Assembly: GCA_002418005.1 (NCBI GenBank)
Contig: DIDF01000056.1
Coordinates: forward strand, 4,174 to 68,173
DNA: 64,000 bases
Source: Lactobacillaceae bacterium UBA5807
GTDB taxonomy: Bacteria > Bacillota > Bacilli > Lactobacillales > Lactobacillaceae
Direction: 5' to 3'
Shown: positions 8,844-17,387 of the stretch, piece after piece
How positions within the stretch are numbered: position 1 is the stretch's first letter
Layout of the letters: every line of letters starts with the position of its first letter
Program-made: the position numbers and the translations under genes
The notes under the pieces: generated by a model
What the model was told of the DNA's origin: nothing
Seen by the model: only the letters and a program-made list of their open reading frames with translations
Databases searched by the model: none

Positions 8844-9781
8844 TTGTGTACTAGTTTAACCATTTTTACAAAAAACAATAAAAGTTTGCTAGGCCGAACA
8901 ATGGACTTCCCTTCCAAAGGGATTTGGGATCCGGTAGTTGTTATTCAGCCAACCTATGAAATGTCTTTTGGTCAAAAACGGCCTATCAAGTATCCGTATG
9001 TTGGCGGTGGCCGCCGTTTTCCTGCCAATCACTTTTTGGTAGCTGATGGAATCAACGTTGAAGGATTGGCCTGCGCTGAGTTAATGTTTCCGCTCAAAGC
9101 AAATTACCTCGATAATAAAGTCCCTGGAAAACTCAACATGGCACCTCAAGACTTTATCCACTGGGTCTTATCAGAACATAAATCAGTCAGTGAAGTGCGC
9201 CAAGATATGAAAAATATCGTCATGGTAGCTAAAAGTTGGCTTTATGAAAATAAAGTTTCCTACCTTCACTGGACCTTAACTGATCGGACGGGTGATTCGA
9301 TGATAGTTGAACCAACCATCCCAGCAGACCCACAAATTTACAACAATTCTTTGGGAGTAATGACCAATTCACCAACATTCCCTGAACACCAAGCAAATTT
9401 TCGAAACTACCCTAAAGTTGGTGGCTCACTTCAAAACCAAGTTAAGCGAGCAAAAGAGCTTTATAGCAAAAATGATGTAATGAAAGCAACTAATGTGCCG
9501 ACAACCCGATTTATCCACGCCGCAACTTTGAAACTCGCAGAAGGAACCCAGAGGACCAGAATGAGGGAAAAGATGAACTATTTAACATTTTAAGTGATGT
9601 TGCCATTCCCTTTGACGAAAGTAAAAAGGAACATTTGAATTTTAACTTTACTCACTACACAGCTGTAATGAACGCAACCGACCTAATTTATTATTTCAAA
9701 CGCCGAGAAACCAACCAAATTGAAGAATTCAATTTAAATAAATTGCTCGACAAATATTCTAAGAGTACCGTTTTAGATTAA
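8844..9781 (+). pseudogene. linear amide C-N hydrolase (choloylglycine hydrolase / penicillin V acylase family), frameshifted near 9547-9549
   Basis: TTG-Cys-Thr-Ser start, GRTMDF, DGINVEGL and GVMTNSP. The C-terminus (LFNILSDVAIP...THYTAVMN...YYF) continues in another frame to TAA at 9779-9781. Confidence 0.8.
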
Positions 9782-9791
9782 TTGAGGAAAC

Positions 9792-10601
9792 CTATTTTAG
9801 GTATTCCTCAATTTTTTCTTGAACGGCAGCCTGATTATTGCTTAAATCTAATTGATTGTCGACAATATTTGATAGATCTTTGGCGGCATTTTGGACAGCA
9901 TATCCTTCTTTAACGCCGTTTATTAAGTCAAAATCATTACCATTATCACCAAAAGCAGCAGCATTTTCTGCAGTTAAATCCCATTGATCTAATAACTGAT
10001 TTAAAGCAGTCATTTTATTAAGACCACTAGCATTAATATCAACACCGCCTAAACCGCTGGAAAAAATATTTAAGTCGCGATTAAATTTATTCTGAAGTTC
10101 AGCCTGCTGCTCGGAAACATCCTTATCATCGTTCCAATAAAGATCAATTTTATAAACTTGATTGAAAACTAGTTTAATATCTGGAACAGACTGAAGATTT
10201 TCGTAAAAATATTGGGAAGCTTTAAATTTCTTTGAATCAGCTTTAAGGTTGGTATAATCACCATCACGACTAGAAATAACAATTTGAACGCCAGCAAACT
10301 TTGGACTGCTCAACACAAAGGAAACAGCTTTTTGGACCATCAATGGATCAATCGTTGTTTCAGAAACAATCACGCCACGTTCATCAAAAACCGCTGCACC
10401 GTTATTGCAGATATAAGAAATTGGGCCATCGACATCCTTAAATAATTTCAATAAGTGGCTGTATGGATCACTGCTGGCAACAACAAAGTGCATCCCCTTA
10501 TTCTTCATTCGATTTAGTTGATCTTGAAACTGCTTAGCATCAAACGTTCCCTGGTCATTAAGAAAAGTCCCGTCCATATCACTAGCAATTACTTTAATCA
10601 T
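9792..10601 (-). CDS. Cof-type HAD hydrolase
   Basis: Motifs DMDGTFL, NNGA and FGDNGND. Confidence 0.9.
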   Translation of the reverse strand: MIKVIASDMDGTFLNDQGTFDAKQFQDQLNRMKNKGMHFVVASSDPYSHLLKLFKDVDGPISYICNNGAAVFDERGVIVSETTIDPLMVQKAVSFVLSSPKFAGVQIVISSRDGDYTNLKADSKKFKASQYFYENLQSVPDIKLVFNQVYKIDLYWNDDKDVSEQQAELQNKFNRDLNIFSSGLGGVDINASGLNKMTALNQLLDQWDLTAENAAAFGDNGNDFDLINGVKEGYAVQNAAKDLSNIVDNQLDLSNNQAAVQEKIEEYLK

Positions 10602-10727
10602 GAAAAAACCTCCGTTATTAGTTATGGATTAATTGAATTTTACAGCTATTAATTATAATCCAATGGTCAAACAGAAACAGCCCTACTTGCCTCATACCAT
10701 TCAATTAGGTATACTCAAGGTGTCAAT

Positions 10728-10808
10728 AAAACATCTGGGGTGTCACGCAAACGTGGCTGAGAAAAACCCATCGAACCTGATCTGGACAATTCCAGCGTAG
10801 GGAGCATA
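10728..10808 (+). promoter_or_regulatory. TPP riboswitch
   Basis: GGGGTG...GCTGAGA..ACCC..GAACCTGATCTGGACAATTCCAGCGTAGGGA. A terminator hairpin CACCCAGGAAA/TTTTCTGGGTG + T follows at about 10846-10880. Upstream of a thiamine ECF operon. Confidence 0.93.
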
Positions 10809-10918
10809 ATTTTTTCGTGCAGTCTTATGACTAAGATGAGTGCAACACCCAGGAAATTCATTTTCTGGGTGCTTTTATTTTTCGAATACTCAGAAACAAA
10901 AAAATTGGAGGTATTGAC

Positions 10919-11500
10919 ATGGATAAGAAGAAAAGTAGAGATACTTGGTCTTTACGAAATATTATTTTGGTTGCATTAATTGCTATTTTTTGTGGAGTCA
11001 TTTTTTGGGGAGTTGACTTTATATATAATGCATTAACCGCATTACTTACCCCAATTGGTTTAGGACCCGCTGCTAACGATATCTTGATGGGATTATGGAC
11101 AATGGCCGGTCCTTTAGCAGGATACATTATTCATAAACCAGGTGCCGCTTTCTTGGCTGAATTCTTAGGTTCTGGGGTTGAAGCATTTTTAGGCGGCCAA
11201 TGGGGCGCTGCAACATTTATCTCCGGGCTAGTTCAAGGAATTCCTTCTGAGCTTGGATTTGCAGTAACCGGATATAAACGATACGATTGGGTTTCTTTAA
11301 ACCTTTCCATCTTCTTCACCGTTGTTATCACATTTGGCTGGGATATGATCCGAAATGGCTACAGTAAGTATCACTTTGGCTTACTGATTGCTTTATTTGT
11401 AATTCGTTATGTCTCAACGTTCATTTTTGGAGGCCTTTTAACTCGAGCAATATCCAAGATGCTTGATCGCAGCCAAATTTTGCCAAATACTGCCGCTTAA
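10919..11500 (+). CDS. ykoE: ECF transporter S component (thiamine/HMP precursor)
   Basis: W.LRNIILVALI, GLWTMAGPLA, KPGAA.LAE and GLVQG..ELGF; under TPP riboswitch control. Confidence 0.85.
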   Translation: MDKKKSRDTWSLRNIILVALIAIFCGVIFWGVDFIYNALTALLTPIGLGPAANDILMGLWTMAGPLAGYIIHKPGAAFLAEFLGSGVEAFLGGQWGAATFISGLVQGIPSELGFAVTGYKRYDWVSLNLSIFFTVVITFGWDMIRNGYSKYHFGLLIALFVIRYVSTFIFGGLLTRAISKMLDRSQILPNTAA

Positions 11501-11530
11501 TTAAAACTTTTGAATCGGGGTTCAATACAA

Positions 11531-12958
11531 ATGGCTGAAGTTGCTGTCAACAACTTTACATTTTCATATGCTAAAAGTAACTTTATGGTCCTAAATTACG
11601 TCAACGTAACTTTTCCAGCAAATCATTTTTCTCTTTTAACTGGACCTTCAGGAAGTGGTAAATCCACCTTACTAATGTTTATTGCTGGACTATACCCAAG
11701 CTTCACCGAAGGAAAATCAAAAGGAACCATTACTTTTGATGGCAAAAATATCACTGAAACACAACCACAGGAAAAAAATAAAATGGTTTCGATGATGTTT
11801 CAAAATCCTAACCAACAATTTGCCATGGACACAGTTTTTAACGAATTAGTTTTCGTTTTGGAAAACATCAACGCTGATCCTGCAAAGATGGATCAAACTG
11901 TCGATAACGCCTTGAATTTCGTAGGAATTTCTAAGCTAAAAAATCGCAAAATTAATACTTTATCCGGTGGTGAAAAACAGCGACTGGCCTTAGCTTCAAT
12001 TGTTGCAATGGATGCAGACGTTATTGTTTTGGATGAGCCATTTGCCAGCATTGATCCTGCTTCGCGAGTTGATTTGATAAATAAATTAAAGTTACTTCGT
12101 GATGAACACGGCAAAACAATAATTTTAGCCGACCATGATCTTAGCGATTATCAAAATGTTATCGATGATTTCTTTTTCCTTGACCCAGCTACTCACAAAA
12201 TCAACCTACAAAATCAAGATCAACAAAAGAAATTTTACGCTAATTTTGAGGACGCGCAGCACATCACTACCAAAGTTAAATTACCCGAAAAAACCGAAAA
12301 AGAAATTTTAAATATTCGTGATTTTACATTAGATCCTCACGGTGACGTTTTACTTAAATTAGCTAACTTCTCCTTTTATAAGGGCAAAACTACCTTGGTA
12401 ACCGGCCACAATGGAATTGGTAAATCCACTTTATTTGATGCCTTAACCAAGTTATTAAAGTATGAAGGAACAATAACTTACAATGGTCAAGATATCAAAA
12501 AGATTAAACCACTAAAATACGCTCAATCAGTAACGTTACTTTTTCAGGATGCTGAAAGTCAGTTTTTAAATATTACCGTTAAAGAAGAATTAGATTTATC
12601 AATGAAGAATCGTTTCTCTGCTCAATATTCTGATGATGAGGTCAAAAAAATGCTCGCAGAAATTGATCTCGCAAATCGTGGGGAACGAATTGTTTATTCT
12701 TTGAGTGAAGGGCAAAAAAAGAAGCTGCAAATTATTGAAATGTTAGTAATGGCACCTCCTGTTTTACTAATGGATGAACCATTCAAAGGTCTAGACTACC
12801 ACTCACTACTTGTAGTCGGCAATCTGTTAAATGAAGCCAAAACCAAATTTGGCCAAACTCAGATTATAATCAGCCACCAACTCAACGGGTTGGAAAATTT
12901 AGTTGATTATCACACTCACTTTGCTAATCAGACTATGAAATACCAGGAGGTGCTGTAA
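11531..12958 (+). CDS. ykoD: ECF transporter duplicated ATPase
   Basis: Two ABC domains (GPSGSGKS / LSGGEKQ and GHNGIGKS / LSEGQK). Likely start is ATG 11531. Confidence 0.85.
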   Translation: MAEVAVNNFTFSYAKSNFMVLNYVNVTFPANHFSLLTGPSGSGKSTLLMFIAGLYPSFTEGKSKGTITFDGKNITETQPQEKNKMVSMMFQNPNQQFAMDTVFNELVFVLENINADPAKMDQTVDNALNFVGISKLKNRKINTLSGGEKQRLALASIVAMDADVIVLDEPFASIDPASRVDLINKLKLLRDEHGKTIILADHDLSDYQNVIDDFFFLDPATHKINLQNQDQQKKFYANFEDAQHITTKVKLPEKTEKEILNIRDFTLDPHGDVLLKLANFSFYKGKTTLVTGHNGIGKSTLFDALTKLLKYEGTITYNGQDIKKIKPLKYAQSVTLLFQDAESQFLNITVKEELDLSMKNRFSAQYSDDEVKKMLAEIDLANRGERIVYSLSEGQKKKLQIIEMLVMAPPVLLMDEPFKGLDYHSLLVVGNLLNEAKTKFGQTQIIISHQLNGLENLVDYHTHFANQTMKYQEVL

Positions 12959-13612
12959 ATGAATCCTGGAATGAAATTGTTCTTGGTAATTTTAATTGCT
13001 TTGGAAATATCCTTTACCGAAAATTTAGTGGTTAACTTAATCTTAATTGCCGTCAGCTTTATTTATATTATTTTTCAAAAGATCAGTTTCAAGGCATTTT
13101 TGGCTTTGATCTTTGTGCCACTGTTACCTGCCGTAGCAATGTTCGTTTCTCAGCTGATGTACGGAACCGCAGGAATCGGTTTTGCCTGGATTCTGTTTAC
13201 TCGAATTTATGCCTACGTATTTTTAGGCGCAACATTTACCTTAACTTCAAACATCACCGACCTGGCATTAGCTTTGGAACAAGACTTTCGCTTGCCCTCA
13301 AAATTTGCCTATGGAGTTTTAGCGACTTTTAATTTAGTCCCTAAAATTCGCCAACAAGTAAAAATTATCAAGACTTCTGCTTTAATGCGCGGTGAGGTCC
13401 TTCACGTTTGGTCAGCTAAACTATACTTTAAAGCGATCCTTTCTTCTATCCAATGGTCGCAAAATTTGGCTGAGGCAATGACCTCTCACGGATTCGTTGA
13501 AGATGCCCCAAGAACTCATTACAAGGTCATCAAGATCACCTGGCAGGATTGGTCGTTATTTATTGGATCAATTGTGGCCGTTCAATTATTACTGTTTTTC
13601 ATTCGAAATTAA
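12959..13612 (+). CDS. ykoC: ECF transporter T component
   Basis: Hydrophobic, with MRG and AMTSHGF EcfT motifs. Confidence 0.85.
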   Translation: MNPGMKLFLVILIALEISFTENLVVNLILIAVSFIYIIFQKISFKAFLALIFVPLLPAVAMFVSQLMYGTAGIGFAWILFTRIYAYVFLGATFTLTSNITDLALALEQDFRLPSKFAYGVLATFNLVPKIRQQVKIIKTSALMRGEVLHVWSAKLYFKAILSSIQWSQNLAEAMTSHGFVEDAPRTHYKVIKITWQDWSLFIGSIVAVQLLLFFIRN

Positions 13613-13678
13613 CATCTAAACAACCTCCTCCTCGGATTTTGCCTTATAATTATTAGTAAGACAAAAGAGAGAAGGACA

Positions 13679-13999
13679 TTGCTTATGCGAGCCAACAAGT
13701 TTGCCTTTGCATTTGGAATATTTGCGTTAATTATGGGAATTGTCATTGATATTGTCGCCTTATTTTCCGGTTGGGCCAGCCAAATCAGTACAGAAGAAGC
13801 CCTAGTCGGAAGTATTGTTATTTTAATTGGCTTAGCTTTTCTTTCGATTGCTCGACCAATTTATCGTTGGCTTTTTCTAGCTGTGGTATTCTGTGGCTTT
13901 CTTTATTATTTCTACTTTCAAAGTCGCCAAATTATTACAGCTTTACTAATTTCCTTGTTGATTGTTGGGGTTAGTGAATACGGATTAAGGCACAGATAA
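13679..13999 (+). CDS. small hypothetical membrane protein (about 4 TM)
   Basis: Hydrophobic ORF with AAGGA RBS. Confidence 0.65.
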   Translation: MLMRANKFAFAFGIFALIMGIVIDIVALFSGWASQISTEEALVGSIVILIGLAFLSIARPIYRWLFLAVVFCGFLYYFYFQSRQIITALLISLLIVGVSEYGLRHR

Positions 14000-14069
14000 T
14001 TTACCCATAATCGTTATTATTGTTATAATAAAAACATAGGTTGTTTAGAAAGGCGAATGGAGGAATATC

Positions 14070-14252
14070 ATGGCAGAAGAGTTTAGCAGTTTAGCAGAGG
14101 AAATAATCAATTATCAAAAAAAGCATGATATGCCAGATACCTTACTTGCATTTAATTTACACATCTCCGTTGAACGTCTCCATGATATTAAATCCATGGA
14201 ATCCGATCCAACAGCAGATGAAAGAAAGATTATCGAAGACTTTATTAGATAA
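14070..14252 (+). CDS. small conserved protein (LBP_cg2779-like, HTH-like)
   Basis: GGAGG RBS; sequence LAEEIINYQKKH..D..LAF.LHISVERLH.IKS. Confidence 0.7.
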   Translation: MAEEFSSLAEEIINYQKKHDMPDTLLAFNLHISVERLHDIKSMESDPTADERKIIEDFIR

Positions 14253-14273
14253 TTAAATAAAGGCAGCGGCATA

Positions 14274-14318
14274 CAAAATAGCGTAATCAGAAAATTTTAT
14301 TCTGATTACGCTATTTTG
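14274..14318. terminator. bidirectional intrinsic terminator
   Basis: CAAAATAGCGTAATCAGAA...TTCTGATTACGCTATTTTG between convergent genes. Confidence 0.8.
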
Positions 14319-14343
14319 TTTTGAATTTAATTAAAAATGTTTT

Positions 14344-14652
14344 TTAATATAACTCAACTAACCAAGTATTTTCCTTACCTTTTTCATCTAATTTTTCTGG
14401 GTGATCCATTAACTCAGTGTTAACTTTAGCAATCTTGCCTGCAACCGGTGAATGAAGATCAGAAACGGCTTTGGCTCCCTCAACGGACACGAAGGAATCA
14501 CCTTCCTTAACTTCAGTCATCCCTTTTGGAAAAGCAACAAAGGATATTTCGCCAATTTCATCTTGGCCAGCTTCATTAATTCCTACTCTGGTATGGCCAT
14601 TTGATTGTTTTTCTTCCCAGTAATACTGCTTTTCATCTTCGTATTTATTCAT
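14344..14652 (-). CDS. GcvH-like lipoyl-carrier protein (short, lacks the C-terminal helix)
   Basis: RVGI...QDEIGEISFV, lipoyl-lysine motif VEGAKAVSDLHSPVAG, N..L...P and WL. Confidence 0.85.
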   Translation of the reverse strand: MNKYEDEKQYYWEEKQSNGHTRVGINEAGQDEIGEISFVAFPKGMTEVKEGDSFVSVEGAKAVSDLHSPVAGKIAKVNTELMDHPEKLDEKGKENTWLVELY

Positions 14653-14653
14653 T

Positions 14654-16039
14654 TTATTTTTCCTCCCAGTGAATCTCTGGATGATGTTTACTAAATAAAG
14701 TCAAAATTTTGTTAACTTTAAAATCAGCATTTTTAACTTTCTCGGCATTTGGTGTCATAAGCTCTTTAAGTTGTTCATTAGTTAAATACTTTCCTAATTC
14801 GCTGTCAGCCAGCATTACATCTTTAAGCTGCTGGTGCTCGTTATCAGCCTTAACCCGTAAGCGATACATCAAATCATGGGCATTCTCTCTGCCCATTTTT
14901 TTAGACAAGACCATCATAATTGAACCTGAGAACATCGTTCCGTCATCCAAAGCTAAATTTTTCTTCATTTGTTTGGTATCAAAATATCCGTTCTTTAAAA
15001 CATTAACTGCATAATTTAACGAACCAGAAAGATACATTGTCATTTCTGGCAACGCAACATAAAGATCACGCCAAACTGTGGTATCTTTTTCACCACTAAC
15101 CTGCATTTGGTCGTACATTAAAGACATTTCGTTGCGAATAACAGTGCTCAAATTAACCATAGCTTCACACATGTACGGTTCTCGTGATGTTGGAATCACT
15201 GTTGACCCTTGCCTACCAGGAGCATATGGTTCGTAAAATTCCTTAACTTGCGTTTGGCTCATATAAAGTAGTTCTTTTCCTAACCGGCCAAGCGACTGAG
15301 AAATTTCGGTAACCACGTGTAAATAATCGGCAAATCTTTCCCTTTGAGTGTGCCAATACATTTCTGGAGTAGCTAAACCAAGGTAGTCACAAAATTTGCT
15401 TTCAACTTCGTCACTATGATCGCCAATCATTGAAGATAATCCCTCGACATTTGCCAAACTACCAGCCAAAGAGAACGATTCTAACTTCTCAAGATTAGTT
15501 AGTAAGTGCTCTTGTTCATTTAAAAATATTCCCAACTTAAAACCTAAGGTTGTTAAAGATGCATAAGTTCGATGAGCAATTGCTGCGGTGAGGTCATCAC
15601 GGTGTTCTTTGGTTAGTTTAGCTAAAACTGCCAAAAGATCTTTCATGTATTCCTTAATGATTGCATGGGCTTCTTTTAGCTGTAAAACATAGCAGGTATC
15701 TTCGATATCCTCACTGGCAGCGCCATAATGCACAAATTGGCCAGAGTCATCATCGAAAAACTGTTGAACGTACTGGACAAAACCAGCCAAGAAGTGGCCA
15801 GTTCGTCCCGTAACTAATCTAAGAGCTCGCATATCAATTTTCTCTGGTTTAAGTTTTTCGGCAATTTCTTTATATGCGGATTCAGGGATCTTGCCATAAT
15901 CCGCCATTGCGTGAGCCAAAGCAATTTCTGCCTGACAAACAACTTTAAGTCGGTTTTCGTCAGTCCAAACCGCTCTCATCCTAGCAGTTGAATATTGATT
16001 TTGATTATAAAGTGAACCTAAAACCTCGCCGCTGCTCAT
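14654..16039 (-). CDS. fumarase/aspartase-superfamily lyase (adenylosuccinate lyase / CMLE-like) with a divergent active site
   Basis: HYGAASEDIEDT, H..ASLTTLGFKL, GSTVIPTSREPYMCE and MGRENAH. Confidence 0.8.
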   Translation of the reverse strand: MSSGEVLGSLYNQNQYSTARMRAVWTDENRLKVVCQAEIALAHAMADYGKIPESAYKEIAEKLKPEKIDMRALRLVTGRTGHFLAGFVQYVQQFFDDDSGQFVHYGAASEDIEDTCYVLQLKEAHAIIKEYMKDLLAVLAKLTKEHRDDLTAAIAHRTYASLTTLGFKLGIFLNEQEHLLTNLEKLESFSLAGSLANVEGLSSMIGDHSDEVESKFCDYLGLATPEMYWHTQRERFADYLHVVTEISQSLGRLGKELLYMSQTQVKEFYEPYAPGRQGSTVIPTSREPYMCEAMVNLSTVIRNEMSLMYDQMQVSGEKDTTVWRDLYVALPEMTMYLSGSLNYAVNVLKNGYFDTKQMKKNLALDDGTMFSGSIMMVLSKKMGRENAHDLMYRLRVKADNEHQQLKDVMLADSELGKYLTNEQLKELMTPNAEKVKNADFKVNKILTLFSKHHPEIHWEEK

Positions 16040-17091
16040 GAATTAATCACCTCTGATTTATTTGGATCCAAAATCATCTTAGCTATTGCATCGGCAGAAA
16101 CCTTGCCAATATTTTTTTCGAGATGACTGTTATGAAGAGCTTCTTTTAGGCTGTCATAGTTCATTGGCACACCTTTAAGATTATCTTCAATTTCACCTAA
16201 ATTACCTGACATTAATGAAAAATCACCGTAAATTTTTGGATGAACTAAAAAGCCATTTTGCACGGAAAATCCAATGCCGACAGTGCCAATTCCTTCAAAG
16301 TGCTGATCGTGATAAGTTTGATCATCCTCACTTGGACCATAAATCCATTCTTTAGAGCCATATTTTTCTTGATCAATTGCGTTTAAATCTTTAAAATCCT
16401 GATCTGTCAGCTTATAAGTGGGAATATCAGCCAAAGAGTCTGTCTTAAATACTTCTTTTAACATCATGTCCTGTATTTCATCAAAAGTAATATCCTTATA
16501 TTCTGGTTTGAAGTACTGTCGAATATTAGTAACTCGACTATGAACAGATTTAACTCCCTTAGAGGCTAACTTTGCCTTAGTTGGATGAAGAACTTTGCTA
16601 GCAGCATCCAAATCAACATCAATCATCAAAGTGCCTCCGCACGAAAATCTACTACCAATCTTTAAGGAGGACATCCCAGAGAATTTTTTCCCATTGACGG
16701 TCAGATCATTGCGCCCACCAAAAATAGCGTCTACTCCAAGTTTATGGAGAACTTTCAACGCTGGTTGAGCATAAAGCTGAAAGTTTTGATAATTGGTGCC
16801 ATTATCAGTATCAATAAAGCAATACGTTAGATTGCCGGGATCAACATAGACCGCTCCGCCACCAGCACCTCTTCTAGCCAATCGAATATTATGCTTTTTT
16901 AAATATTCCAAATTTACTTCTGCATAAACATTTTGATTAACACCACAAATGACAATTGGTGTCTGTGGGTGGAAAAAGTAAAATAAAGTATCATTAAGTT
17001 TTGGATGCTGCTCCAAGAATTCCGAGATTGCCTGATTTACTGCAGGGTCTTTTAAATAATTTAACCCGTTTGAAAAATCTACATAAATGAT
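16036..17091 (-). CDS. lplA: lipoate-protein ligase A
   Basis: N.A..E, ICGVNQN, RRGAGGGAVYVDPGNL, GRNDL..NGKKFSG, KGVKSVHSRVTNI and IYGDF. Start uncertain: the RBS fits ATC at 17091. Confidence 0.9.
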   Translation of the reverse strand: MIYVDFSNGLNYLKDPAVNQAISEFLEQHPKLNDTLFYFFHPQTPIVICGVNQNVYAEVNLEYLKKHNIRLARRGAGGGAVYVDPGNLTYCFIDTDNGTNYQNFQLYAQPALKVLHKLGVDAIFGGRNDLTVNGKKFSGMSSLKIGSRFSCGGTLMIDVDLDAASKVLHPTKAKLASKGVKSVHSRVTNIRQYFKPEYKDITFDEIQDMMLKEVFKTDSLADIPTYKLTDQDFKDLNAIDQEKYGSKEWIYGPSEDDQTYHDQHFEGIGTVGIGFSVQNGFLVHPKIYGDFSLMSGNLGEIEDNLKGVPMNYDSLKEALHNSHLEKNIGKVSADAIAKMILDPNKSEVINS

Positions 17092-17167
17092 AGTTATCAC
17101 CTCTAGTAAAAATATTTTACTAACCAAATTCAGTCTAGCACGCTCAAGGTGCTATTTGAGCATAATA

Positions 17168-17181
17168 TGAAAGCGAAATCA
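17168..17181. promoter_or_regulatory. putative cre (CcpA) site upstream of the lplA operon
   Basis: TGAAAGCGAAATCA matches TGNAANCGNWNNCW. Confidence 0.45.
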
Positions 17182-17387
17182 TATTAAAACCTTCTACAAA
17201 GAAAAAAATTATTCACCAATCATTCTTTAACTTTTCGGTTAGTTTAACACCAATCCCAATGGATAAAATTTAACGGTTTTGTAATGACATCATTTGCATA
17301 AAAAATATGTAATAAAAAAGTTACTGGAAAGGTATTTCATTCCAGTAACATTATTTTCTACGTATAAATTCAAAAAAATTATTATAC

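Noticed and set aside
14344-14652. Functional glycine cleavage system
   Set aside because: No gcvT or gcvP in the window, and the H protein is the truncated type.
14654-16039. Calling the lyase purB
   Set aside because: The signature motif is degenerate and there is no purine context.
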